A stretch of 56,820 nt of DNA from an uncultured Gammaproteobacteria bacterium. GTDB lineage: Bacteria; Patescibacteriota; Patescibacteriia; UBA9934. The notes beneath the pieces are model-generated. The model had not been told where the DNA came from. It saw only the letters and a program-made list of their open reading frames with translations, and ran no database searches. This document shows, piece after piece, positions 47,395 to 56,820 of this stretch (position 1 is the first letter of the stretch; every line of letters begins with the position of its first letter). The DNA lies in assembly GCA_964372415.1 (NCBI GenBank), contig CAYJQH010000004.1:27387-84206 (forward strand), written 5' to 3'. The translations under genes and the position numbers were made by a program.

Positions 47395-48393
47395 ATGCCC
47401 CGCCACATCCCCGTTTATCGTCCCATCTTGCTTCACGCCTTAAAGACTGCCTGGCACCACCGGGAGCTTTGGCCAATCGCCGCCATTGCTGGCGTTGCTG
47501 GCACAGGCTCCGTGGTTAATGATCTTTTGCGTCAAGCCAAAATCGCCACCACTATTCCGGCCATCATAAATTGGCTCGATGCACAACGAATATATTTACT
47601 TGAAACATACGAACAGCAAATAATTCTCTCAAGCCCCCTCGAGGCAGTTATTGGCACGTTCCTACTTTTTGGCAGCGTGATAGCAATCGCTCTTCTAGTG
47701 GTTGCCTGTCAGCAAATTCTTCTCCGGATAAGCCATCGAGCGGCAACCAAAAAGCGAGCATTCTCCTTTGGTGAACTAAAACGGGAGCTTATTCATCCTA
47801 GAATATTGCGTTTTCTAACACTCGACGTTTTGCTACGGGTAGTGGTTGGCAACATTATGTTGGCCTCAGCCCTTCTAGTGAGCTCACTCAATACGAGTTA
47901 CATTCTTGCCGATGCCATATTTGGCACGCTTTTCTCGGCCTTTGCAATTTCTTTGGCTCTTACAGCAAACGTGGTCGTAATGCTGTCGCTTATAGGCATA
48001 GCGCGGGCCGATGCTACAGTTCCCCAAGCCCTGCGGTACGCCTGGCAAACTTATCGAGCTAGCCCTATGATCTGTCTTGAGATGTCGGCTCTTTTGTTTG
48101 CGGTAAACTTTCTTATTTCTCTCGCCTTTGATGGCTTCATTGTACTTCTCGGAGCCCCAGTTGTTCTGGCTTTCACGGCGGTCCTAAGCGGCGGCTCATT
48201 TACCACCTTTGTTGCTTTAACTACTTTGGTCGTGTTACTCGTATTATTCATCACGATTGCGATTTTTGGTTTTTCTACTACCTTCACCTACGCCGCTTGG
48301 ACAGCGCTTGCCGAATATCTTGCCAAGCGTAAAGTTGAACCCCGTGTCTTGGCGCATAGCCGCCGTCTCATGAGCCACTTGACCCGCGTCTAA
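47395..48393 (+). CDS. Multi-pass membrane protein, function unknown
   Basis: GGAGG RBS; about 6 hydrophobic segments. Confidence 0.8.
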   Translation: MPRHIPVYRPILLHALKTAWHHRELWPIAAIAGVAGTGSVVNDLLRQAKIATTIPAIINWLDAQRIYLLETYEQQIILSSPLEAVIGTFLLFGSVIAIALLVVACQQILLRISHRAATKKRAFSFGELKRELIHPRILRFLTLDVLLRVVVGNIMLASALLVSSLNTSYILADAIFGTLFSAFAISLALTANVVVMLSLIGIARADATVPQALRYAWQTYRASPMICLEMSALLFAVNFLISLAFDGFIVLLGAPVVLAFTAVLSGGSFTTFVALTTLVVLLVLFITIAIFGFSTTFTYAAWTALAEYLAKRKVEPRVLAHSRRLMSHLTRV

Positions 48394-48395
48394 TC

Positions 48396-50189
48396 ATGCC
48401 TTTGCCGTCGGTCAAAGAGGTACTCGCTCGTCGCACTAAGACGCGACTTGTGGTCCCTCCCCCCACACCAACCCCAGCAAGTGCGCTGGGGTCAACTGAG
48501 GCGTCTGTTTCGTCCTCAGCAAAAATTCAATTTTCAACGGAAGCGGCTGAAGAATTTTCAGAAAAAATGACGGCTATCAGCCGTCGCGAAAAAGAGGCCG
48601 AAGCCGGTCGAGAAGCGGCTGTGCTCGGTATCCCTACCATGGCTTTGAAAGGCTTCCCCATTAGCCCTGAAGCTCTAAGCCTTGTCCCTGAGGAACAAGC
48701 CAAAACGCTCAAAGCAGTTTCCTTTCTATTTACCGGACCAGAAATTCGTTTAGGCTCGGTAAACCCTAAAGATTCTAAGGTTGAAGAACTGGCTTTTGAG
48801 CTTGGCGAACGTCACAAGGCACATACTCAAATTTATTTAATCTCAGAAGAGAGCCTAGAACACGCTCTTAAGCTTTACGCTGCCCTGCCACAAATAAAAC
48901 CAATCGTTAAAGGGGTTGAAATAACCGAAGATGAACTTACAAAATTCGCCGGGCAGATGACCGACGTGAACGTGGTGGGAAAACTTTTGAAGAACTCGAA
49001 CATAACTGACATATTAGCTATCGTCATCGCTGCTTCGCTCAAATTTGGTTCATCGGACATCCATATTGAGGCCGAAGAAAAAGGTATCGTTGTCCGTTTT
49101 CGAGTTGATGGCATCCTCCAGGAAGTGGTGGTACTTGAGCGTGAAAAGTGGAAAAAAATCATTAGCCGGATCAAACTCATCGCGAGCCTCAAAATCAATG
49201 TTACTGATCAAGCTCAAGACGGGCGTTTTACCATTTTCCAGCAAAAGAAACAGATCGATGTTCGCATAAGCACTATTCCCACCGCTTACGGTGAATCGGT
49301 GGTTATGCGCTTACTTAATCCGGACACAATTTCCCTTGATTTTGATGCTCTCGGTTTTCGACCAGCGGCGCTCAAAAAAATCACGCGTGAAATCGAGCGA
49401 CCAAACGGCATGATTATTACGACTGGTCCGACCGGTAGCGGTAAAACCACAACTCTCTACGCCATTTTAAAGCGCTTGAATTCGTCGGACGTGAAAATCA
49501 TCACCCTTGAAGATCCGGTTGAGTACAAAGTTAAGGGCCTGAACCAAAGCCAAATCGACTACTCCAAAGACTATACTTTTGCCAAAGGTTTACGTTCCAT
49601 TCTTCGTCAAGATCCGGATATTGTGATGGTAGGTGAAATTCGCGATCTCGAAACCGCCGAAATAGCTATCCAGGCCGCCTTAACCGGACATCTTCTGCTT
49701 TCAACCATCCACACAAACGACGCAGCTGGCGCCATTCCTCGCTTCTTGTCCATGGGTGTAGCCCCTCATCTTTTAGCCCCAGCCATTAACGCCATCATGG
49801 GACAACGTTTGCTGCGCAAACTTTGCGACAACTGCAAACAGGCAGCAGACTTAGATACCGAGACGATGGAACTCGTAAAAAAGCAGCTCGATAGCATTCC
49901 GGAAGTTTCTGGCGAAGCCAAAGTCGATGTCAGTAGTGTTAAATTTTTTAATCCAAAAGGATGCGACAAATGCAATAATTCTGGTTACAAGGGCCGGGTG
50001 GGAGTTTACGAAGTCCTAATCAAAGATCCCACTCTTGAACAAGCCATTTTGAAAGGTAGCGTGTCCGAATACGAAATGCGCGACATTGCAAAAACACAGG
50101 GCATGGTTACCATGGCCCAGGATGGCTTACTCAAGGCCGTCGATGGTCTCACTTCTGTTGAAGAGGTGAAGCGGATAGTCGGCATTTAA
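48396..50189 (+). CDS. GspE/PilB family type IV pilus assembly ATPase
   Basis: SSDIHIE, TGPTGSGKTTTLY, TLEDPVEY, LRQDPD, STIHTND, GYKGRVG. Confidence 0.95.
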   Translation: MPLPSVKEVLARRTKTRLVVPPPTPTPASALGSTEASVSSSAKIQFSTEAAEEFSEKMTAISRREKEAEAGREAAVLGIPTMALKGFPISPEALSLVPEEQAKTLKAVSFLFTGPEIRLGSVNPKDSKVEELAFELGERHKAHTQIYLISEESLEHALKLYAALPQIKPIVKGVEITEDELTKFAGQMTDVNVVGKLLKNSNITDILAIVIAASLKFGSSDIHIEAEEKGIVVRFRVDGILQEVVVLEREKWKKIISRIKLIASLKINVTDQAQDGRFTIFQQKKQIDVRISTIPTAYGESVVMRLLNPDTISLDFDALGFRPAALKKITREIERPNGMIITTGPTGSGKTTTLYAILKRLNSSDVKIITLEDPVEYKVKGLNQSQIDYSKDYTFAKGLRSILRQDPDIVMVGEIRDLETAEIAIQAALTGHLLLSTIHTNDAAGAIPRFLSMGVAPHLLAPAINAIMGQRLLRKLCDNCKQAADLDTETMELVKKQLDSIPEVSGEAKVDVSSVKFFNPKGCDKCNNSGYKGRVGVYEVLIKDPTLEQAILKGSVSEYEMRDIAKTQGMVTMAQDGLLKAVDGLTSVEEVKRIVGI

Positions 50190-50320
50190 CTAAGTTACTA
50201 GGGACTAGCTACTAGCCAGCCACTAGAAACTAGCCTCTAGCCACAAAAAGATGTCGAGCGTAATATTTGGTGAGCTATATTCACCCCTTGTAGTTAGTGG
50301 CTAGTTTCTAGTAGTTAGTG
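50189..50320. repeat. Paired inverted heptamer array (ACTAGNN)
   Basis: actaggg actagct actagcc agcc actagaa actagcc tctagcc ... / rc actaact actagaa actagcc actaact. Confidence 0.7.
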
Positions 50321-50322
50321 AT

Positions 50323-51033
50323 ATGCGTACAGCAAGATTTTTTGTACCAGCCGAATGGGTGGCTAAAAGTGCCGAGGCTTTTTGTATTCCGGTCGGACCC
50401 CTACATAAACAGATTACCCTTGTCTTACGACTCAAGGTTGGCGACCAAATGAGTCTCATGACTAATGATGGCTCAGAGATTGATTGCCGAATTACCCAAA
50501 TGAATCGCACTGCCATCATGGGGCTCATCGCCGGCTCACGTGTACCTGCTCCCCTTACCCCAGAGATTACAGTTTGCGCTGCAATAACCAAGCGCGATAC
50601 CTGCGAGTGGATGCTTCAAAAATGCACAGAGCTCGGAGTAGTCAGATTTTTTCCCCTGCTCACTGACCGAGTGGTCAAGAAACCGAAAGACATCCCCCGC
50701 CGCTGGCATGAAATAGTTAAAGAAGCCGCCGAACAAAGTGGACGCGTTACCCTGCCGACTATTCATGACCCTATAAGTCTTGGTCAGGCGATCGGCAAAA
50801 CCGACAATCATGTACGTCTCTTGTTCCACGAAGCCGGTGGCGAGTCAAAACTGCCGGCCCTGCATAAAACAAGCAAAGTTGCTCTCTTCGTTGGCCCCGA
50901 GGGTGGTTTTACCGAAACCGAACTCGCCATCGCGAGAGACGCCAACGCTCATGTGGTAACCCTTGGCTCACTCGTTTTTAGAGCCGAAACTGCAGCCGTA
51001 GTAGGCACAGCACTTTTGCGTTTTGCAAAATAA
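50323..51033 (+). CDS. rsmE: 16S rRNA m3U1498 methyltransferase
   Basis: QKCTELGV, EAAEQSGR, VGPEGGF, LGSLVFRAETA. Confidence 0.95.
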   Translation: MRTARFFVPAEWVAKSAEAFCIPVGPLHKQITLVLRLKVGDQMSLMTNDGSEIDCRITQMNRTAIMGLIAGSRVPAPLTPEITVCAAITKRDTCEWMLQKCTELGVVRFFPLLTDRVVKKPKDIPRRWHEIVKEAAEQSGRVTLPTIHDPISLGQAIGKTDNHVRLLFHEAGGESKLPALHKTSKVALFVGPEGGFTETELAIARDANAHVVTLGSLVFRAETAAVVGTALLRFAK

Positions 51034-51073
51034 AAGGCCCTCATCTGATTTAACATCAATGAGGGTCTTATTT

Positions 51074-51331
51074 TTAGTACCCGTCAAGCACTTCTTGCGC
51101 AGCAAGGTTCAGCAGAAGTCCGCTAAGGGTCTGATCGTCGAGTTCTCTCACCGAACTCGACAACTTCTCTTCCGCGTGAACGCCTGCCAGAAGCTCGACA
51201 AGTTCCTGGTCGGTTCCAGGAGCCTGACGTTGCCTACGAATTTGGATCCGCGTGAACTCAAAGGCGGCAGCACGGAGAATCTGATACTGCTCTCGCGGCA
51301 AACTACGGGCTTGCTCTAGAGTGATGGTCAT
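51074..51331 (-). CDS. Hypothetical protein
   Basis: 85-aa ORF with AAAGGAG RBS. Confidence 0.6.
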   Translation of the reverse strand: MTITLEQARSLPREQYQILRAAAFEFTRIQIRRQRQAPGTDQELVELLAGVHAEEKLSSSVRELDDQTLSGLLLNLAAQEVLDGY

Positions 51332-51343
51332 AAGTTGCTCCTT

Positions 51344-51841
51344 TCAGGTCATCAGTTGTCCAAGGGTGTTAAACCCGTAGACAAGCGCTAAACGACCAAG
51401 CCACCGACGACGAGTATCGTCATCTGGGGCAACCTTGAAAGATTGAAAACGTTCCGCGCCTTCGACACCAAACTCTTCAGCATTACGTACATAGATACGT
51501 ACCGAATCTACAAAGGCGTTGTGTGCGCTGCGTCGAGCAGCATCTTTTTCGACTCGCACGTCAGTTGGTCGCCCCGGCTCGCAGGCAACAAAGTGTTCGA
51601 TAACAGCCTCCAGGTATCGCATCGCAGCCTGTTCAAGGCCCTCACGGAGCTTCTCTAAAGCAGACAGCTCCCGAGTTTCGAGCTCGGACTCCACTATGAG
51701 GTCATGCATGACGTACAGAAGATCAGCGAGCTCATCACGACCGCCTACCTTTTCAGGGGCCAGCATAAGCTCCTGCCTGGCGTGCGGCGAGGCTTCAAGT
51801 GCGTTGTGAATGGGCATGTATCGTCCTCGTTCAAGAGACAT
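51344..51841 (-). CDS. Hypothetical helical protein
   Basis: 165-aa ORF; contains RRSAHNAF motif. Confidence 0.65.
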   Translation of the reverse strand: MSLERGRYMPIHNALEASPHARQELMLAPEKVGGRDELADLLYVMHDLIVESELETRELSALEKLREGLEQAAMRYLEAVIEHFVACEPGRPTDVRVEKDAARRSAHNAFVDSVRIYVRNAEEFGVEGAERFQSFKVAPDDDTRRRWLGRLALVYGFNTLGQLMT

Positions 51842-51867
51842 ACGAACGGATGAGATTACAATATTTT

Positions 51868-52329
51868 TTAACTTCTGTCAAAGGGTAACATATTCTGCGT
51901 TTCAATGCTCAACGTTCGGTCATCTGGTAGTTTTCCCGAGGAAAATGTAATGACCTTGTTAGCTCTCCAAACTTGTGCCGGAAGCACATTTGGCCATTCA
52001 GCTACCACAACCGTGTCCGCTCGACGCTCATCCTCAAGAGAAAGTGCTTTGATTTCGGAGGGGTTTTTGAAGCGATAAAAATCAAGATGAACCACCCGCT
52101 TGATGGGTCCAAAATCCACCGGGTATTCGTTCATTACCGTAAACGTAGGCGATTTCACCTTAACCTTACCACCCATGGCTTCGACGAGGCCGCGGACAAA
52201 AGTAGTCTTACCAGCTCCAATGTCACCGATGAGCGAAATAACCTCGCCGCCTTTGAGCTCTTGGGCGAAGTCCTTGGCTAGATGCATGGTTTGAGTAACA
52301 GATTTTGTGGTGATTACTTTTTCGACCAT
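51868..52329 (-). CDS. tsaE: tRNA threonylcarbamoyladenosine biosynthesis ATPase TsaE
   Basis: GDIGAGKTTF, KSPTF, HLDFYR, VAEW. Confidence 0.96.
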   Translation of the reverse strand: MVEKVITTKSVTQTMHLAKDFAQELKGGEVISLIGDIGAGKTTFVRGLVEAMGGKVKVKSPTFTVMNEYPVDFGPIKRVVHLDFYRFKNPSEIKALSLEDERRADTVVVAEWPNVLPAQVWRANKVITFSSGKLPDDRTLSIETQNMLPFDRS

Positions 52330-52437
52330 ATATTTTTTAGCGCAAGACGCCACTTAAGAACCGTCCAAGCCAAACTCCGGTGTTATCTTTTCTATCGCAC
52401 GACTAATCTATGAATTTCATGTGCTTGGTGGCGCATA

Positions 52438-53508
52438 TTACACGATATCCAAATTTGGATCAGCAACTAAGTTTAAGGGATTAACTACCGCGCCTTTCTG
52501 CGCTCTAAAATACCCGGCAGCCGCGATCATCGCGGCGTTATCCATGGCAAACTGAAACTCCGGTACGTAAAGCTTTACGTTTGCCTGCGCACAAGCAGCC
52601 GCGAGACGCTCCCGTAACGCCACATTGGCCGCCACGCCTCCGGCCAGGATGACGGAAGCTGGATTATGGACACGAACTGCCTTCATAGTCTTCTGAGTGA
52701 GCACGTCAACTACTGCTTCCTGAAACGAAGCGGCGATATCAGCTTTGAATTGCTCGTCGGCAAGTCTTACTTCGTGCTCGCGAAGCTTGTAAAGAACCGA
52801 TGTTTTTACACCTGCAAAACTGAACTCAAAGTTGTCTTGATCCAGCATAGCCCGAGGAAAATCGAAAGTTTTAGGGTTTCCTTTTTCGGCCAACTGAGCA
52901 ACTTTCGGCCCTCCCGGGTAGCCCAGGTCGAGCATCTTGGCGACCTTGTCGAAAGCCTCGCCAGCTGCGTCATCGAGTGTTTCGCCCAAACGCTCATAAA
53001 CCCCATGGTCGGTCATAAGTACGAGCTCGGTATGGCCGCCTGAGACAATGAGGGCAAGCGCTTGGAAGCTTGGCAATCGTTTGTCGTTTGTCGGGCGTCG
53101 TTTGTCAGGGGCGGACGACGTACGACTTACGACGTACGATTCACGGAGCCACACTGCGTAAATATGCCCCTCAAGGTGACAGACTGGGACAAGAGGTTTC
53201 TGCCACGCCCAAGCTAAGGCCTTGGCAGTCTCTACGCCCACGCGAAGCGCTGGTGCAAGACCAGGTCCGGACGTCACCGCTACCACGTCGATCCCTTCAC
53301 CATTCGGTTTAACGGTTTGGTGGAGCATCGACAAGATGTGCTCCAGATGTTCTCTAGCCGCAACCTCAGGAACTACTCCACCGTAAGCTTGGTGAACGTC
53401 AATCTGCGATCGCACATACGAGGCTTCAAGCCTAAGCCGGTCGCCGTTACCTAAGAGCACGGCCACTGCTGTTTCATCGCAGCTTGTTTCAATTGCTAGA
53501 ACCCGCAT
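52438..53508 (-). CDS. tsaD: tRNA N6-adenosine threonylcarbamoyltransferase TsaD with ~21-aa insertion
   Basis: LAIETSCDETA, GGVVPEVAAREH, HLEGH, VSGGHT, DDAAGEAFDK, DNAAMI. Confidence 0.98.
   Translation of the reverse strand: MRVLAIETSCDETAVAVLLGNGDRLRLEASYVRSQIDVHQAYGGVVPEVAAREHLEHILSMLHQTVKPNGEGIDVVAVTSGPGLAPALRVGVETAKALAWAWQKPLVPVCHLEGHIYAVWLRESYVVSRTSSAPDKRRPTNDKRLPSFQALALIVSGGHTELVLMTDHGVYERLGETLDDAAGEAFDKVAKMLDLGYPGGPKVAQLAEKGNPKTFDFPRAMLDQDNFEFSFAGVKTSVLYKLREHEVRLADEQFKADIAASFQEAVVDVLTQKTMKAVRVHNPASVILAGGVAANVALRERLAAACAQANVKLYVPEFQFAMDNAAMIAAAGYFRAQKGAVVNPLNLVADPNLDIV
53077..53139. repeat. In-frame paired inverted heptamer array (TCGTNNG) in tsaD
   Basis: tcgtttg tcgtttg tcgggcg tcgtttg / cggacga cgtacga cttacga cgtacga. 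Confidence 0.7.
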
Positions 53509-53541
53509 AACGTGGTAGACAATAACTAAACATTTTGTCTT

Positions 53542-54117
53542 ATGCAATACAGCGAACAGTCATTTAATCTTCCTAAAATGGAGGGGCTTTCGGAAAAACA
53601 AATCGATGTCCATCTTAAACTTTACGCCGGTTACGTTAAAAATGTAAACGGTATAATGGCCAAAATCGAAGAATTGAAGTCCGACTCCGAAAAAAACGCG
53701 CTCGCGCTTTCGGAACTCAAGCGGCGCTTTGGTTTTGAGTTCGACGGTATGCGACTTCATGAGCTTTACTTTGAGGCCCTGGGCGGCGACGGAAAAATTT
53801 CCGGCAAACTGGCTGAGGCACTAGCGGTCCAATGGGGTTCGGTTGACGCTTGGCAGGCGGAATTTAAGGCTATGGGATTAATGCGTGGCATAGGTTGGGT
53901 ACTCCTCACCTATGACTCTAAAGGAAAAGCTTTCCACAATGTCTGGGTGAGTGATCACGAGCAAGGTCATCTGGCCAACCTCCCTATTATTTTAGCTATG
54001 GATATGTGGGAGCACGCTTTTATGGTAGATTATGTTCCGGCTCAAAAAAATAATTACATCGAGGCTTTCTTCAAAAATCTGAATTGGTCAGTAGTTGATC
54101 AACGCTTCAGGAATTAG
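53542..54117 (+). CDS. Fe/Mn superoxide dismutase family protein
   Basis: HLKLYAGYV, LHELYF, DMWEHAF motifs. Confidence 0.88.
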   Translation: MQYSEQSFNLPKMEGLSEKQIDVHLKLYAGYVKNVNGIMAKIEELKSDSEKNALALSELKRRFGFEFDGMRLHELYFEALGGDGKISGKLAEALAVQWGSVDAWQAEFKAMGLMRGIGWVLLTYDSKGKAFHNVWVSDHEQGHLANLPIILAMDMWEHAFMVDYVPAQKNNYIEAFFKNLNWSVVDQRFRN

Positions 54118-54124
54118 GAGAATA

Positions 54125-54310
54125 ATGCAACCGCAAACACCTTATAGCTTCGGAAGCTGGGATCTTGTTCGGGCCTTTCCAAACCGGATCCAGCTGCGAC
54201 GCACGGGCAGGAAATTTCTTTTGTTCGTCGCAGTTCTGGGTGTGATCGGCGTAGTTGTCAATACCATTGTGCAGTGGCCGTTCATGTTTCTCGTACTGCA
54301 TTTATGGTAA
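54125..54310 (+). CDS. Small membrane protein
   Basis: AGGAG RBS, 61 aa with C-terminal hydrophobic segment. Confidence 0.5.
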   Translation: MQPQTPYSFGSWDLVRAFPNRIQLRRTGRKFLLFVAVLGVIGVVVNTIVQWPFMFLVLHLW

Positions 54311-54409
54311 GCGTTGTCCTGGGCAGCGTACTAGCCCAGGATTATTTTTTAAAAAAATTCATGGTATCCTTGGTTTGTGCTATTTATTATTTTTTTTTAT
54401 GCAAATTTT

Positions 54410-56158
54410 ATGAGGAGGTTTTTTGCTACACTTTTCTCATTAATTTTTATCGTTTCGGCGGCTCTCAATATTCCTCGTAGCCAGGCCGCTGTATTCAATC
54501 CGCAGGGTCAATGGTCATTAACTGCTCCCGCTACTGCTTTTGCCTTTTCAGTTCAGAATCCAAATAATTCAGTTGGCGGCATGGGTAATATTACGCTCGC
54601 AAATTTTACGGACGCCTTAGTAATTTCTGCAAATCAGGTTATTGAATACCAAAGTAATCCAGCCATTGCCTTTGTTGTTGATGGGAGTCAAATAACTTCA
54701 GTTTTTCTTAATTCCGCACAATCAGGAGAGGCTTGGCTTGATGATCAAAGCGAACCAATATCTGGCTACGATTGTTCACTGCTTAAAAAAACCTCGCTTA
54801 AACTCACCTTTACCGATTCAAACAACGCAACCTTTAAATTTGGCCAACGCTTTGAACTAGTGCCAACAAACGACCCTCTAGGCTGCGAGGAATTCGGTCT
54901 AGATCTTAAACAACAATTGACTTCTGGCACTGCTCCTTCACTTTGGACGGATCTGAACAACGCCGGAATTCTCAATCTTGCGTCCTTGGAAAAGTTGAAA
55001 TACGTAATCGCTTCATACTCTTACTCGGCCGTTAAAACTTCATCGCAAATTCCTCCTACACCGGCCTGCCCACCAAATCAAGCGCCGTTTTTGACAGAGA
55101 CCATAACCGATACCAATCAGTTAAGCGGCATTGTGCCACTTGGCAGTCTAAATCCTCAGAGCGGTCATGTATTTCCCACTGACCATGTGTACTTCACTTT
55201 AAAGACAAACGGACCGATGAACGACCCCAACTCGCCACGAGTGGTTGCCCCGGTAATAGCTCCTGGACAATTTCATATAACGAAAGTGGATCAGACTAGC
55301 TATTACAAAAATGGACTGCTCACAGACACAGACTATTCAATATATTTCCGTCCCTGTTTTGAGGTCAGTGCCTATCTTCATCACGTACGATCGCTTGATC
55401 CTAATTTCTCTTCTCTTGTCGGATCAATAACCGATCAATGCCAAAGTTATACTACCGGAAACACGCAAATTCAACGCTGCAGCAAAAATCTGTACCTACC
55501 TGTAGAAGCCGGAACTGTTCTTGGTAGCGCTGGCGGAGCGCCAACACCAACCGGTTTTGATCTTGGCATGACTGACTCGCGAGTTACCTTAAACTTTATC
55601 AACCCTACCAATCTAGGTGGTATTGTTCATACAGTGTGTCCAATCGATGCCTTTGTTGACCCCGTGCGTCAGTCGCTTGAATCTTTCCTGGGTAGCGGTG
55701 ACGGCCTCTTTAAACGCACCACCCCACCGATTTGTGGTCAAATTGATGTTGACGTAGCTGGAACCGCTCAGGGGCGTTGGCTCAATCCAGGCTCGAATAC
55801 TTTCCCCGAAGATCCTCATCTGGCACTCGCACCGAACAACTTAGATCCAGCAGTTATGGTGTTTTCAGTCGGTAACTCACTTCCCGGCCTAGCCAAGGGC
55901 GCTTATTCATTTTTGCCGGGAGCGCCGGGGTCAACCGTGAACCAAGCATTCAGTTCGATTACTCCTGGAACTCTTTATTGCTTTGAAAACCTGGGAGGCA
56001 ACAAAAACTCAGTCTCTATTCCCGTACTAAATCTTGGAAAGATCATTCTTGTTGAACTTACTGATCCAACACACCTAAATATTGCTGTGGTTACCGGAAA
56101 TAGCTGTTCGGGAGCACCGGCCACCATGCCATTAACGGCAAAAACGTACGTCAGATAA
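54410..56158 (+). CDS. Secreted protein, C-terminal region possibly peptidase M23-like
   Basis: Signal peptide MRRFF...SQAA; HVFPTDH, PVIAPG, YLHH, VEAGTVLG. Confidence 0.8.
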   Translation: MRRFFATLFSLIFIVSAALNIPRSQAAVFNPQGQWSLTAPATAFAFSVQNPNNSVGGMGNITLANFTDALVISANQVIEYQSNPAIAFVVDGSQITSVFLNSAQSGEAWLDDQSEPISGYDCSLLKKTSLKLTFTDSNNATFKFGQRFELVPTNDPLGCEEFGLDLKQQLTSGTAPSLWTDLNNAGILNLASLEKLKYVIASYSYSAVKTSSQIPPTPACPPNQAPFLTETITDTNQLSGIVPLGSLNPQSGHVFPTDHVYFTLKTNGPMNDPNSPRVVAPVIAPGQFHITKVDQTSYYKNGLLTDTDYSIYFRPCFEVSAYLHHVRSLDPNFSSLVGSITDQCQSYTTGNTQIQRCSKNLYLPVEAGTVLGSAGGAPTPTGFDLGMTDSRVTLNFINPTNLGGIVHTVCPIDAFVDPVRQSLESFLGSGDGLFKRTTPPICGQIDVDVAGTAQGRWLNPGSNTFPEDPHLALAPNNLDPAVMVFSVGNSLPGLAKGAYSFLPGAPGSTVNQAFSSITPGTLYCFENLGGNKNSVSIPVLNLGKIILVELTDPTHLNIAVVTGNSCSGAPATMPLTAKTYVR

Positions 56159-56169
56159 GCACCGCCTAT

Positions 56170-56204
56170 AAAAAAATACAGACTCCTCGGAGTCTGTATT
56201 TTTT
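56170..56204. terminator. Bidirectional intrinsic terminator
   Basis: AAAAAATACAGACTC-ctcg-GAGTCTGTATTTTTT between convergent genes. Confidence 0.85.
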
Positions 56205-56290
56205 CGTTTGCGCTTCGTAACGAAACTAATAATTAAAATTTAACAGGCTCGGGGAAGAGCCTGTCAAGATTGACGTGATGTTCAAAACTT

Positions 56291-56737
56291 TCACTTAAGG
56301 GGCGCCGGGTTCGACTTGTCTTTTCCGAGCTCAGGCGACGCCATCTCCAGCATGGCATCATCAGTTGTCGTCACACCATGTTCAAGACGCGACAGAATGA
56401 TATCCGTCGCCTGCGGACCGAGTCGCCTGAGCAGTCTAAGAAGCGGCGCGATGCGTAGATCGATGTCATCGATAATACCTTTCACGCGACGCTCACAGAC
56501 GAAGCCGAAACTCGCCATGCAGAGAACCGGAATCGCCCAGAGCGTAATGAGTACGCCATTCTGTGACAGTGTGCAGATCAAGCTACCAATTAGAAGCCCG
56601 ATGAGTAGGACCAGAGCCACGAGGACCATGGCAATATTGCGGTACGTTTCGAGCTCGTACAGCTGCCAATCACCCCGCCGCACAGCCTCATCAGACGGCC
56701 AGACGTTGGTCCGGAAGAAGGTACGAATTCGTCTCAT
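56291..56737 (-). CDS. Hypothetical membrane protein
   Basis: Two hydrophobic helices; alternative start at 56755. Confidence 0.65.
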   Translation of the reverse strand: MRRIRTFFRTNVWPSDEAVRRGDWQLYELETYRNIAMVLVALVLLIGLLIGSLICTLSQNGVLITLWAIPVLCMASFGFVCERRVKGIIDDIDLRIAPLLRLLRRLGPQATDIILSRLEHGVTTTDDAMLEMASPELGKDKSNPAPLK

Positions 56738-56783
56738 GAACACCCCTAGAACCATAGTATACAAAATCTTGTTTTTTGTTAAC

Positions 56784-56816
56784 AAAAAAGACTTCTCGTA
56801 TTGAGAAGTCTTTTTT
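56784..56816. terminator. Terminator-like hairpin at the window end
   Basis: AAAAAAGACTTCTC-gtatt-GAGAAGTCTTTTTT. Confidence 0.7.
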
Positions 56817-56820
56817 GGTG

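Noticed and set aside
47241-50320. CRISPR array interpretation of the ACTAG tracts and other repeats
   Set aside because: No constant 23-50 bp repeat with unique spacers and no cas genes.
54107-54301. 64-aa minus-strand ORF after sod
   Set aside because: The overlapping plus-strand ORF at 54125 has an AGGAG RBS and a hydrophobic helix and is the better candidate.
56811-56820. TTTTTTGGTG at the window edge, possibly the CCA end of a minus-strand tRNA
   Set aside because: Only 5 informative bases are in the window; cannot be supported.

Overview
Housekeeping-rich chromosomal window from a reduced-genome bacterium, most likely Patescibacteria/CPR (inferred from gene content, ribosomal protein extensions and orphan density). 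TGA is used as stop, so genetic code 11. Bases 1-13.6 kb hold the joined str, S10 and spc ribosomal cluster on the minus strand. The rest carries murA, ndk, comEC, leuS, gdh, an RsmB/F-type methyltransferase, trxAB, infB, mutM, truB, rny, HU, proS, two tRNAs, rnc, nusB, rpmF, gyrA, rpsA, ftsH, a PilB/GspE ATPase, rsmE, tsaDE, sod and several orphan genes. The most striking signal is a set of short structured repeats. A ~35-40 bp C-tail plus hairpin element (8 copies) brackets a DUF559 endonuclease gene as inverted termini and also sits in-frame inside comEC (3 copies), mutM and the rsmB-like gene (2 copies). Paired inverted 7-8-mer arrays occur in spacers and in-frame in tsaD, a palindromic insert lies in infB, and two related ~120-160 bp hairpin elements occupy spacers. 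Other highlights are a divergent RelA/SpoT synthetase-like orphan, a Nudix domain inside LeuRS, a candidate 6S-like RNA upstream of rny, and recurrent TGT-TAnnnT boxes 6-11 nt before start codons. All alignments and family calls were made by eye; no database searches were run.
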